Source: Escherichia phage vB_EcoM_SA35RD
Length of the DNA stretch: 64,000 nt
Sequence record: OL960577.1
Direction: 5' to 3' (one strand)
Of the stretch, positions 27,743-36,577 are shown piece after piece (position 1 is the stretch's first letter; each line of letters opens with the position of its first letter). The notes under the pieces are model-generated. The model was not told where the DNA came from. It searched no databases and worked only from the letters and a program-made list of their open reading frames with translations. The translations under genes were made by a program, and so were the position numbers.

Positions 27743-27945
27743 TATTCTTCTACATGTTGTTTACGGCCTTTCTTATCAATAAAGGTATATTCAACGAATG
27801 TTCCGATGTAGTCTTTATCTACATCATGTGGACTATTAATTGGGCATTTGGTACGACAAATGCGTTCCCATTGACGAATAATTACTGCCTTATTCTTTGG
27901 GTCATATGGATGTGGATAATGTATATTCATAATAACGGTTCCCAA
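27718..27945 (-). CDS. hypothetical protein (75 aa)
   Basis: Track ORF. Confidence 0.4.
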   Translation of the reverse strand: MGTVIMNIHYPHPYDPKNKAVIIRQWERICRTKCPINSPHDVDKDYIGTFVEYTFIDKKGRKQHVEEYCLKVTWL

Positions 27946-28424
27946 TCAACAATCACAATTTCTAGTTTAGTAGAATACGTATCTAAAATCTCTTCGATGA
28001 CATCCCAGTTTCCACCACCAATACCTGCACCAATTCTTGGCATATAAATTACAGGCTTTATTATCTTATTCTTTCCGAATTCATTTAATTCTATTATACA
28101 ATTCATTAAAGCATAGTACTCAAAATTAGGTCCCGGCTCAAACTGTGTATAAAGATTAAAGCAATAAGCTTTATGGGTCTTAAAATATTTTTCATAAACC
28201 GAATAAGTCCCGAGTTTAGACTCGTCTCCGAATTCGGTTTGAAGTTTATCGGCTTCCAGAATTTTTGGATAAGCCTTTGCTAATTGTCCTGCCACACCGG
28301 CGCCCATTGTATGAAAACAATTACACCCATGAGCAATATTATTACCTTTAGAAAACAGGGCGACAATATCGCCCTTGATGTAGTTTTTAATCACTTGCTG
28401 CAAGTCCTCTATTATAAGAGTCAA
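27927..28424 (-). CDS. hypothetical protein (165 aa), possibly macro-domain-like
   Basis: NIAHGCNCFHTMGAGVAGQL loosely resembles macro-domain N-x-A...G-G-V motif; weak. Confidence 0.35.
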   Translation of the reverse strand: MTLIIEDLQQVIKNYIKGDIVALFSKGNNIAHGCNCFHTMGAGVAGQLAKAYPKILEADKLQTEFGDESKLGTYSVYEKYFKTHKAYCFNLYTQFEPGPNFEYYALMNCIIELNEFGKNKIIKPVIYMPRIGAGIGGGNWDVIEEILDTYSTKLEIVIVDWEPLL

Positions 28425-28734
28425 CTAGACGGTCCACCATAGAATTGCATGCTGCCTTATCTTTAGGTTCCGCCACCGAGCATTCTAATATTTGCCATTT
28501 TTTATAGTATCTTTTAATTAAGGTAGACGCCTTGAACCTACTAGACGCCCCATCTTTTTCTCCGTCTTTATACGCGTATAACAATTTTTGTGAAAAATCT
28601 ACTTTACACTCTTGACTTTTACCACAATAATCAGACGCCGTTCTGTTTGTATACTCCGTTACATCAGTATATGTAGTATTAGCAAGAGCGTTAAATGAAA
28701 CCAAGCTAACTATTAAAGCCAACATTTTGGTCAT
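28387..28734 (-). CDS. secreted/periplasmic protein (115 aa)
   Basis: Signal-peptide-like MTKMLALIVSLVSFNALA; four Cys. Confidence 0.5.
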   Translation of the reverse strand: MTKMLALIVSLVSFNALANTTYTDVTEYTNRTASDYCGKSQECKVDFSQKLLYAYKDGEKDGASSRFKASTLIKRYYKKWQILECSVAEPKDKAACNSMVDRLVDSYNRGLAASD

Positions 28735-29273
28735 TCTTTTATTTCCAGTAGTTTATTTGATTTAAGGTAATTAGCCTTTTCTAGGACTTCAGAAGCATAT
28801 TTACTTCCAGCACTTGTCTTCCATCCCGCATTATATGAGGATATAGCTTTTCTTATATCCCCGTTATGTATATTTAACCAATAAGAAAATTCGATATAAG
28901 CCCATCTGGCTGAATTAGACCGCTTAGATAGCATTTTCTTAATTTGGGCATCAGTCATATTATAACCAAGCTGGTTAATTCTTGCCCTCATTGTTGGTAG
29001 ATAATTTTGGAACATTCCATACGCATGGTGACCTTTCTTATCTTTAAGATTAATACCGGCAGATGATTCTTGCCATAGTATTGCGGCCATTATGTATCCA
29101 AGTCCTTTCTTATGCATATTTTCATGCGTTTTAAATTTTCCGTCCTTAGAAAACTGTTCCCCAAACTGATAAGCATAATTCAAGTTATCGAGTTGGACAT
29201 TACTAAAAGTATGCTCGGAGCTATGTGCTGATAATGAAAGAGCAAATAGACCAGCGAGTAGTGCTTTTCTCAT
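28731..29273 (-). CDS. secreted lytic-transglycosylase-like protein (180 aa)
   Basis: Signal peptide; WQESSAG...YGMFQ resembles SLT-domain ES...GLMQ catalytic motif. Confidence 0.5.
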   Translation of the reverse strand: MRKALLAGLFALSLSAHSSEHTFSNVQLDNLNYAYQFGEQFSKDGKFKTHENMHKKGLGYIMAAILWQESSAGINLKDKKGHHAYGMFQNYLPTMRARINQLGYNMTDAQIKKMLSKRSNSARWAYIEFSYWLNIHNGDIRKAISSYNAGWKTSAGSKYASEVLEKANYLKSNKLLEIKE

Positions 29274-29281
29274 GTTTACCT

Positions 29282-29740
29282 CTAGATTTTAATCACTGCT
29301 TTAGAAGCTTTTCCTGGTAGTCGTTTACTGTTAATAATAGCCATTCTACATTGAAGAGTCTTCATTTTGAATGTCGGATTTTCGCGACAAACTGTAAGTC
29401 CTAACCAAAGATTTCCGTCAGTTATTTCTAAACGGCCTGGACGATACTCGACACCTTCGACAAAATCTTCATCAACATCTGGACGTGCCGGCATTGATAA
29501 AAATTCTGCAACTTCTTTAACGTGATTTTTTACTTTATGAAATAATTCAAAAACGTAATTCTCATCTATTTCTCTCTGGATGGCACGATCTAAGAGATGT
29601 TGAGAATACTTGATATGAAAGCCTGGTAGTCCAAGAGACTTTGCAGCATCTTTTATACCGGCATTTATTTTGCGGAACTCCGTTTCAAAGATTCGACGGA
29701 GTTTATTACGACGGATAAAAACGTCTGAATTGATAGTCAT
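29282..29740 (-). CDS. regB: RegB endoribonuclease
   Basis: 152 aa; MTINSDVFIRRNKLRR...YSQHLLDRAIQREIDE...RLPGKASKAVIK matches T4 RegB. Confidence 0.85.
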   Translation of the reverse strand: MTINSDVFIRRNKLRRIFETEFRKINAGIKDAAKSLGLPGFHIKYSQHLLDRAIQREIDENYVFELFHKVKNHVKEVAEFLSMPARPDVDEDFVEGVEYRPGRLEITDGNLWLGLTVCRENPTFKMKTLQCRMAIINSKRLPGKASKAVIKI

Positions 29741-29768
29741 TTTGATTTCTCCTCTAGTTGACAGGTCT

Positions 29769-29797
29769 ATAGTAACACAACTAGAGGAGAAGTAAAC
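29769..29797 (-). promoter_or_regulatory. early promoter cassette (-35 GTTTAC, 17 nt, -10 TACTAT) upstream of regB
   Basis: Read directly. Confidence 0.5.
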
Positions 29798-29801
29798 TAC
29801 T

Positions 29802-30017
29802 TTATTGATAAAATGGAGTTAAAGCCCAAGATTCTTTAGATACTATATTGGCGAAATGCCTCATCTCTTCGATTTGGCGACGACGTTGGTCAGCATAGTC
29901 TTCTTCGCCTTCTTCCTTACAATCTTCAAGGTCTTCTTCAAGATACTTTAAGTATTCACTACAAATTTTGTTGACCTTTTCTTGGAAGTCCAATAACCCA
30001 GTAATAGTAGAAGCCAT
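29802..30017 (-). CDS. hypothetical acidic protein (about 71 aa)
   Basis: Track ORF 29802..30059 trimmed. Confidence 0.4.
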   Translation of the reverse strand: MASTITGLLDFQEKVNKICSEYLKYLEEDLEDCKEEGEEDYADQRRRQIEEMRHFANIVSKESWALTPFYQ

Positions 30018-30283
30018 TAGTATTTTTCCTCGGGTCGAAATACTGCACGACATGCCCACATGCTGGCTTCTTTTAGATGTTGCTTAGCATACTTAAGAGC
30101 CTGCACTGCATCCATATCTTCTTTGGTTTGTTGCTCTGTTTCATTTTCTTTCAAGATATATGCTTCTTCAATCAGAGCATCAAACATCAATCCAAGACGG
30201 ACTTCTGCATCTTTAATAGCGTTCACTTTACTGATTTTATCATCGGTATGCGGTTTGTAGCCTTTGATGTCTTCAATCGACAT
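30017..30283 (-). CDS. hypothetical protein (about 88 aa)
   Basis: Track ORF 30017..30451 trimmed to MSIEDIKGYK. Confidence 0.4.
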   Translation of the reverse strand: MSIEDIKGYKPHTDDKISKVNAIKDAEVRLGLMFDALIEEAYILKENETEQQTKEDMDAVQALKYAKQHLKEASMWACRAVFRPEEKY

Positions 30284-30497
30284 AAGGAATTTCCTCATCG
30301 GTGGCAAGGTCATATTCGACCAATTGGATAGGCTCATTAATACCATATCCACGTACAGTGATATCAGTTGTCGGATAGTTTCCAGTAATATCACCCATTC
30401 TAAATGCTTCAGTGAATGATTGCTCGCCTGAGCAACTAAACCAGGCGGCAAAACATTTTAAAACATCTTCAGACCCGTCTATAATCAATTTAGCCAT
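30273..30497 (-). CDS. hypothetical protein (74 aa)
   Basis: Track ORF. Confidence 0.45.
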   Translation of the reverse strand: MAKLIIDGSEDVLKCFAAWFSCSGEQSFTEAFRMGDITGNYPTTDITVRGYGINEPIQLVEYDLATDEEIPYVD

Positions 30498-30859
30498 TAT
30501 AGACTCTCAGTAAAGGTACGAGCGATAACGTCGCGCTGCTGTTCTGGAGTCAGAGAGTTAAAGCGAACTGCATAACCGGATACACGAATGGTCAGCTGAG
30601 GATATTTTTCCGGATGCTTAACTGCATCTTCCAGAGTTTCACGACGCAGAACGTTAACGTTCAGGTGTTGACCACCTTCAATTTTAACTTTAGGTTGATG
30701 TTCAATTTCAATTTCACGGGCGTTAAGACCGTAGAAAATTTCCGGGTCTACAATAGCGTCTTCTTTAAAAGTCTTAGAGACAATAATCCGGGCTTGAGTA
30801 CAGTCTTCAAAATAAATAGTGCCTTTGTGTGTGCCTTCAAGAATTTGATATGCTTTCAT
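30497..30859 (-). CDS. autonomous glycyl-radical cofactor (GrcA/YfiD-like)
   Basis: C-terminal [60 protein letters not shown] is the PFL-type glycyl radical domain. Confidence 0.8.
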   Translation of the reverse strand: MKAYQILEGTHKGTIYFEDCTQARIIVSKTFKEDAIVDPEIFYGLNAREIEIEHQPKVKIEGGQHLNVNVLRRETLEDAVKHPEKYPQLTIRVSGYAVRFNSLTPEQQRDVIARTFTESL

Positions 30860-30865
30860 ATAACC

Positions 30866-31174
30866 TCAATTAGAAAATAAATTTATCCAAGTTTTTTCTT
30901 TAATCAAAAATGGGTCGGAATTAAACGCCATTAAACTTTGAGTGATTAATCCCTTAAATGGCCCATCAATAAATTCCATTTTGAAATGCGGAATACTAGT
31001 CATCAACCGTGCATTAGGAGCAGTACAAAGAACCTGCTGCCCTGCGAACGGACCTTTAGTCAAACGATATCGTTTAGGTTTAAAATGGTAAATCTCGTAA
31101 TTTTCTACAAGGGCCCTTTTATTGCATACTGGACTGTTATAACAATACTCAAAAACTTCAATAGTGGTCATCAT
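30866..31174 (-). CDS. hypothetical protein (102 aa)
   Basis: Track ORF; stop overlaps upstream gene start. Confidence 0.45.
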   Translation of the reverse strand: MMTTIEVFEYCYNSPVCNKRALVENYEIYHFKPKRYRLTKGPFAGQQVLCTAPNARLMTSIPHFKMEFIDGPFKGLITQSLMAFNSDPFLIKEKTWINLFSN

Positions 31175-31710
31175 TGCATTCCAATCACAAAAAATTGAGG
31201 ACGAGCATTACTGCCGATGCAATATTTGCTTTTGCAGCAGTGCTGTACTGTTTTAATGTGGACATTGTAAATCTTATCCATATCAGGAGCTTTAATAGGC
31301 TCGTCAATTATATACAGAATACGAGAAAGCGTTAATCCACGGAATTTAGAACCTTCATTGCCAATAAAACTACGAACAGAATCAGTAAATAAACGGAATC
31401 GAATATCGTCGCTAGAATAACGAGAAAATTCTTTTTCAATGTTGCCAGCAGAAATTTTAGCATAAGCTGAAGTATTAGAAAGAACAATAACCGTTCCACC
31501 ATCATACAGCCAATTAGCAGCAAAGTTAGTCACAGCAATTGATTTACCTGATTGTCGGCCGCCGTCTAAACGAAGTGTACAGTACTGCTTGAGTACGTCT
31601 TCAAATGGTGGGGCATAACCGTTCTTACAAATTTCTTCTACTCTAGCATCAGAATGGTGTGTAAAAGCATTCATCAGGGATAGATAAGGTCCAGTTAAAA
31701 ATGTTCTCAT
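31171..31710 (-). CDS. small P-loop NTPase-like protein (179 aa)
   Basis: Walker A DGGRQSGKS, Walker B-like ILYIIDEP. Confidence 0.5.
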   Translation of the reverse strand: MRTFLTGPYLSLMNAFTHHSDARVEEICKNGYAPPFEDVLKQYCTLRLDGGRQSGKSIAVTNFAANWLYDGGTVIVLSNTSAYAKISAGNIEKEFSRYSSDDIRFRLFTDSVRSFIGNEGSKFRGLTLSRILYIIDEPIKAPDMDKIYNVHIKTVQHCCKSKYCIGSNARPQFFVIGMQ

Positions 31711-31823
31711 TTAGTTTCTCTTTTAGGTTGGGCCATTCCGTGGCGCATGAATTGTCCATTTCTGTATTTACCCCTCCAAGTAATTATGAATATACTATCA
31801 CAATTCTAGGAGAAAGTAAACTG

Positions 31824-32126
31824 TTATTTACCTTTAATTACTTTAGCTGCTTCGATAGCCGCTTGCTGAAGGTCATCCATAGACATACCGAATTTAGAAG
31901 CAAAGTTATCAATTTTCTTTTCGACAGCATTCAAAGGCTTGGCCTGTTTACCTTCATTAGCGCCAGGAAGAGCGAGAATACGCTCTTTGTCAATATAAAG
32001 GCTTACAAGTTTCTTACGGTCTTTATCGGACAAATCATGAAATGAATGGGCCTTTTTATTTATAGCGGCTTCTAATTTACCTGCACTCACTCGAGCTTCA
32101 GTAATAAATTCTTGATATGTTTTCAT
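31824..32126 (-). CDS. internal (capsid-targeted) protein, IPII-like
   Basis: N-terminal capsid targeting sequence MKTYQEFITE; 100 aa. Confidence 0.65.
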   Translation of the reverse strand: MKTYQEFITEARVSAGKLEAAINKKAHSFHDLSDKDRKKLVSLYIDKERILALPGANEGKQAKPLNAVEKKIDNFASKFGMSMDDLQQAAIEAAKVIKGK

Positions 32127-32151
32127 TTTGTTCCTATTGTTTTAATTTATG

Positions 32152-32466
32152 TTATTCTTTAGGGAAGTTTTTAGAGTATGCATCATAAAGTTTATTACCA
32201 ATACGGCGGAAGACTTTAGCTGCAAAACGGTTTTCAGGGTTTTTAATCATGATTTGCATCATGTAAGTTCCTGCATCCGAAAGAGCTTCTTCATAGTACC
32301 CATTAATTTCTTTAAGAGTCCTACGTTTACCACCAGGACCATCAACAGTAATTTTCCATTTACCTGTAGAAGTGCGGCTCGGTGGCTCAACTTGTTCAAT
32401 CCAAATATAACCACCTTCAACGCGTTGGTTGGCGGATTCTGCAATAAATTCTTTATACGTTTTCAT
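32152..32466 (-). CDS. internal (capsid-targeted) protein
   Basis: N-terminal MKTYKEFIAE; 104 aa. Confidence 0.6.
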   Translation of the reverse strand: MKTYKEFIAESANQRVEGGYIWIEQVEPPSRTSTGKWKITVDGPGGKRRTLKEINGYYEEALSDAGTYMMQIMIKNPENRFAAKVFRRIGNKLYDAYSKNFPKE

Positions 32467-32529
32467 TTTTGTTTCCTTGTTTGTTTTGATAGAGTAATTA
32501 TACCATATTAATACTTAAGCGTAAACAAT

Positions 32530-32790
32530 TTAAGCTTTACCGCCAGAAATAATTCCGAAGTTGTTAAAATCGTATCCAATATCGTCAACATCTACTTTAG
32601 GACTTGCTGCAACATAAGCAATTTCACTACGTTTTGCATAGGTGTTGATTTCTTTACCATCGCCACCTAAGAAAGAATACCCATTACGTTTTAATGAGCC
32701 AAAGTCTTCCGCATCACCAATGAAAGCTTTAACTTTAAATTTGGGGTCTTTGGCATCTGATTCAGCGATAAATTCTTGATACATTTTCAT
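32530..32790 (-). CDS. internal (capsid-targeted) protein
   Basis: N-terminal MKMYQEFIAE; 86 aa. Confidence 0.6.
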   Translation of the reverse strand: MKMYQEFIAESDAKDPKFKVKAFIGDAEDFGSLKRNGYSFLGGDGKEINTYAKRSEIAYVAASPKVDVDDIGYDFNNFGIISGGKA

Positions 32791-32796
32791 TTTTCC

Positions 32797-33210
32797 TTAG
32801 TAAATTGATTTACCATAGTATTTGTACCAAGTCGGACGTTGAGCAATTTTTTCATCTAAGCGTGCTTGACTTATCGCAATGGACGCTTCGGACGGGTCAT
32901 AATTATTACGAAATTCGGCAGGGATGTCGGAAATATCCTGGACTGTCGTGTCCTTGATTTTGAAACCACGTTTCAAGCATTCAGCGATTAGCTCGATTTG
33001 ACGTAAACGTAAAAATTCGAGTTTGTCGTAAAAGAATGTTACGTGACCTGTGCCTAAGATAAATGTTGGAGAGATTTTAAAATCCTTTACACGTTTACCG
33101 TTTTGAACATGTTTACGGACTGCACCAAATACGCGTGGTAATTCACGATACTCAGCCATAAGATGTTGGTCGGACAGTTCAGAAACAAGTGTTAAATTGA
33201 TACGAGTCAT
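32797..33210 (-). CDS. denV: endonuclease V (pyrimidine-dimer DNA glycosylase)
   Basis: [35 protein letters not shown] matches T4 DenV; start set to MTRIN. Confidence 0.9.
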   Translation of the reverse strand: MTRINLTLVSELSDQHLMAEYRELPRVFGAVRKHVQNGKRVKDFKISPTFILGTGHVTFFYDKLEFLRLRQIELIAECLKRGFKIKDTTVQDISDIPAEFRNNYDPSEASIAISQARLDEKIAQRPTWYKYYGKSIY

Positions 33211-33237
33211 AATTTCCTCCAAGTAGTTGATGAATGT

Positions 33238-33267
33238 ATAGTATCAAAACCCTTGGAGGAAGTAAAC
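33238..33267 (-). promoter_or_regulatory. early promoter cassette (-35 GTTTAC, -10 TACTAT) upstream of denV
   Basis: Read directly. Confidence 0.45.
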
Positions 33268-33268
33268 A

Positions 33269-33541
33269 CTATTTTTCTGAAGCGCCTGAAATATATTTTT
33301 CAAGACGTTGTTTCATCAGCGAGCCGTTCTTAGCGATTTCTTCTGGTTTATCGCACATACGCAACAAGGCTTCAAGCTTAGCGATATCGCTGGTACGTTC
33401 AAATTTGCGAGTATCTATCTTACTAGCAAGTTCAGAAATACGTGCTAATAGACTTTCAGCTTCAACCAAAGCTGCACCTAGCTTAGTTGCAAATGTGTCA
33501 GTAGCTTCGTTAAGAATAGATTCTGATAAAAATTCACTATA
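33269..33541 (-). CDS. internal (capsid-targeted) protein
   Basis: Track ORF 33269..33565; start set to [10 protein letters not shown]. Confidence 0.6.
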   Translation of the reverse strand, partial: YSEFLSESILNEATDTFATKLGAALVEAESLLARISELASKIDTRKFERTSDIAKLEALLRMCDKPEEIAKNGSLMKQRLEKYISGASEK

Positions 33542-33546
33542 TGTTT

Positions 33547-34035
33547 TCATATATACGCTTTCCAAGTTCCTGTTTTAAATGTTGAGATTACGCGTTTCGC
33601 GCGATTAGGTGTCTGACGATACCATTTAGATTGAGCTAGATTTACTGCCGCTTCATCCCAACGTTTCTGTTTAAGCATACGAAGAGAATTAGTAAAACCG
33701 GCGACTCCTGCTACACCCATTTGGAAGACCATATTGACCAATGCACACCGACGAACTGCATCTAAAGAATCATATACCGGTTTAAGTTTAGCATTACCCA
33801 AGATTCCGCGAACGGCTTTATCAACGTCTTCATTAAATAGCTTTTCAGCCTCATCAAGGGTAATTGTACCGTTGCATTTACGACCGATCATTCTGTCAAG
33901 TTCAGCTTTAGCTACGGCTAAAGACGGGTTCTTTGTTACCAAGTGGCCTATGCCAATCGTCCAAAAGCCTTCAGTGTCTTTGTATAAAGTCAGTCTAAGA
34001 CCTTCGTCATTACGAAGCATTTCAAATATATTCAT
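33547..34035 (-). CDS. e: lysozyme (endolysin) e
   Basis: [32 protein letters not shown] matches T4 lysozyme; catalytic Glu/Asp region present. Confidence 0.9.
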   Translation of the reverse strand: MNIFEMLRNDEGLRLTLYKDTEGFWTIGIGHLVTKNPSLAVAKAELDRMIGRKCNGTITLDEAEKLFNEDVDKAVRGILGNAKLKPVYDSLDAVRRCALVNMVFQMGVAGVAGFTNSLRMLKQKRWDEAAVNLAQSKWYRQTPNRAKRVISTFKTGTWKAYI

Positions 34036-34069
34036 AATACCTCCCACGTTTATAGGAGATATTTATTAC

Positions 34070-34528
34070 TTATAGGATAGTAGTGAGCACCTTATATAAT
34101 GATTTGCCCATCACATATTCCCATTGAGAAGGTTTAATTAAAGCGAACGCATCAAATTCAGGAATCTGTCGTCCGTCTGGGAATGTATGATAGGAATTAC
34201 AAGCACTGTTTCTGAATTGCTCGTGCTCTACAGGGATGGTATATAGGAACAGATGAATATTCTTATTGTCTGAGTAATGATGTTCACCTAGGTCTTTCAG
34301 GAAGGCAGGGTCATATTGTGTAAACCCAGTTTCTTCTTCGCATTCGCGAATAGCGGCTTCAATAGGAGATTCACCGGGCTCGACACGTCCTTTAGGAATA
34401 TCCCAGCGATGAGCTAAAGAACCTTTAGGACGAGAACCAGTTACACGCCCCATGAATAATTCTTTATCTTCGGTAAGGAAAATAATACCGGCTGATAGTT
34501 CTTTCACTTTATTTTTCTTACTCATCAT
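34070..34528 (-). CDS. nudE: Nudix hydrolase
   Basis: Nudix box GRVEPGESPIEAAIRECEEETG. Confidence 0.8.
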   Translation of the reverse strand: MMSKKNKVKELSAGIIFLTEDKELFMGRVTGSRPKGSLAHRWDIPKGRVEPGESPIEAAIRECEEETGFTQYDPAFLKDLGEHHYSDNKNIHLFLYTIPVEHEQFRNSACNSYHTFPDGRQIPEFDAFALIKPSQWEYVMGKSLYKVLTTIL

Positions 34529-34769
34529 CTCGGTCCCATGATTTGGCCATTAATTCGGACATAAATTCTTCAATGCGCGTTTCTTTAGATGGACTTTCAC
34601 TATTAGAGACCGCAAGTTTGTAATCTGCAATAGGACAGAACATATCAAGATCCGTATTAAGGTCGTCTTTGATTTTTTCTTCTGACACATCTTTATCGTA
34701 TGTGTACAGATAACTATCACATGATTCTGATTTAATGTAAATTGCTATACTCATCTCAAATTCCTGCAT
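34518..34769 (-). CDS. hypothetical acidic protein (83 aa)
   Basis: Track ORF. Confidence 0.45.
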   Translation of the reverse strand: MQEFEMSIAIYIKSESCDSYLYTYDKDVSEEKIKDDLNTDLDMFCPIADYKLAVSNSESPSKETRIEEFMSELMAKSWDRDDE

Positions 34770-35242
34770 TCAGTAATAAAACATTCAACTTCGTTATTCT
34801 TGGCCTTTATCTTGTCTTTACGTTCCTGTAAACTACTTTTAACAAGATTAATAATGATGCCTACAGTACCTCCACCAATTATACCGCCAATTATACTTAC
34901 GATAGCAGATGCTAATAAGATAGCAATAATATCAACAAAACCGAAAGAACTCACCTTAGTACTAAAAAACCATACCGACGGTACAAATATAATCCATCCT
35001 GTTATCCATTGGCACTTATTGAAAAACTTTTCAAGATCAGCTTGAGTTGTTCGTATTACTTCATCGATAGGTTGATATCCATTAATGTATCTGTTCACGA
35101 TAATACCTGCTGGTTTGTCGATTTTAAATTCTTGGCAAATACGTTTCACTAAGTAGGATGGACATCCTGTCCAATCCACTGAATAGTACGAAATACCTTC
35201 ATTGCCGTCGTCAATATTAGACCAATATGTTTTGTTAATCAT
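34751..35242 (-). CDS. hypothetical membrane protein (163 aa), C-terminal ECFITECR tail
   Basis: Hydrophobic spans with GGIIGGG motif. Confidence 0.5.
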   Translation of the reverse strand: MINKTYWSNIDDGNEGISYYSVDWTGCPSYLVKRICQEFKIDKPAGIIVNRYINGYQPIDEVIRTTQADLEKFFNKCQWITGWIIFVPSVWFFSTKVSSFGFVDIIAILLASAIVSIIGGIIGGGTVGIIINLVKSSLQERKDKIKAKNNEVECFITECRNLR

Positions 35243-35928
35243 TACCAGCCTTCCATAGGGAATTCCAGATAAACTTGGGCATTGACGCGAATTTCATTGG
35301 TAATCTTTTTAACTCGGTCTGTATTACGAGATACACGTCCGAACCAACGCCATCCATTACTAATTGCACGAGAACCAGTGTGCCATGTTTGCCAATCAAA
35401 CTGAAGAAGAGTACGGTCTGGAGCTTCCCATTTCTCTAGTTCGCCTTTTTCGATTTTTTCGAGGACTTCTTTGTGCCACTGGCGATAGATAAGTTCGCCA
35501 TCAGGAATCTGACTGAACTCTGCAGTTCCTGTTGCAAAATGAGTAGGACACACATCAGCGTTAACAAGACCAAGAATATGTTCAGACAAATAGCGAGGAT
35601 TGTCATAGTCAGGTTGTCCTGCAGTAATAAAATGTTGACCAACCGGAATATCCGGGCGTGGTACGTCATCATGGTGATAACCTGGGATAGCAGGATACCA
35701 ACCAGGCATCAGCATGTGGACTCGTGAATCAAATACAACCTGGTCGGTGTTCCAATCATCTGGCAAGTTCATAATGAAAGAGCGAGTAATAGGACCGCCG
35801 TTATTATAAGCAAATTCTAAACTACAGTTGAAGAACATAGGCTCGTTCTTGATTTTATCATTAGAAATACCGCCGGCAAAACCACCTACTGCACGAGCTT
35901 GACTATTAAACACTTTAGAACTATTCAT
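35242..35928 (-). CDS. hypothetical protein (228 aa)
   Basis: Track ORF; Trp/His-rich. Confidence 0.5.
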   Translation of the reverse strand: MNSSKVFNSQARAVGGFAGGISNDKIKNEPMFFNCSLEFAYNNGGPITRSFIMNLPDDWNTDQVVFDSRVHMLMPGWYPAIPGYHHDDVPRPDIPVGQHFITAGQPDYDNPRYLSEHILGLVNADVCPTHFATGTAEFSQIPDGELIYRQWHKEVLEKIEKGELEKWEAPDRTLLQFDWQTWHTGSRAISNGWRWFGRVSRNTDRVKKITNEIRVNAQVYLEFPMEGW

Positions 35929-35929
35929 A

Positions 35930-36235
35930 TTATTTTCCTCGACATTCTTTAATGAAATTTTCTAGATTGGTAGATTCAATAGCTTTTTTACGAGCTTCTG
36001 CGTGTTCTTCTTCGGACAATTTACGTTTATAATTGACCCAGACATTATGGTCGAAACCAGTCGTGGCATATAATAACAATGCTCCAACGAATAGCAAAAA
36101 CGGCGATAAGAATACAAAACCAGGAACACCATCCATATCGTAAGCCTTTTGTAATACTGCAACAGAAAGAGTTGCGTAAAAAGGTGATGCAAGTATTGTT
36201 AAAAGACCAATTCGATTGGTTTCTGTTAATTTCAT
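35930..36235 (-). CDS. hypothetical membrane protein (101 aa), C-terminal ENFIKECR tail
   Basis: Two hydrophobic spans. Confidence 0.5.
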   Translation of the reverse strand: MKLTETNRIGLLTILASPFYATLSVAVLQKAYDMDGVPGFVFLSPFLLFVGALLLYATTGFDHNVWVNYKRKLSEEEHAEARKKAIESTNLENFIKECRGK

Positions 36236-36266
36236 AATATTCTCCTCATGTTTTAATAGGACTACT

Positions 36267-36296
36267 ACTATAACATAGTCCTATCAGTTTGTACAC
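36267..36296 (-). promoter_or_regulatory. early promoter cassette (-35 GTGTAC, -10 TATAGT) with TAGGACTA inverted repeat
   Basis: Read directly. Confidence 0.5.
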
Positions 36297-36497
36297 TTAT
36301 TTTGACATTTCTTCGATGTCACGACGATACCCATCACGAACTTCACGAAGAGCTTCAAGGCCACACATAGGCTCGATACCAGTAATGTGAACTTGATTAA
36401 TCTGATACTCTACATCTTCTAACTGAGCGAAAACATAACGACGTTCTGCTGCACAACCAGGTTTAGCTTTACCGAAACGTTTATTCAAAGTAGTCAT
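36297..36497 (-). CDS. hypothetical protein (about 66 aa)
   Basis: Track ORF 36297..36515 uses GTG; ATG at 36497 follows GGAGAT RBS. Confidence 0.45.
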   Translation of the reverse strand: MTTLNKRFGKAKPGCAAERRYVFAQLEDVEYQINQVHITGIEPMCGLEALREVRDGYRRDIEEMSK

Positions 36498-36535
36498 TTT
36501 TATATCTCCATTCACTCATTTGTTTTGATAGGTCT

Positions 36536-36565
36536 ATAGTATCAACAACTACAGACCTTGTAAAC
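36536..36565 (-). promoter_or_regulatory. early promoter cassette (-35 GTTTAC, -10 TACTAT)
   Basis: Read directly. Confidence 0.5.
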
Positions 36566-36577
36566 TGTTTTGTGAAA

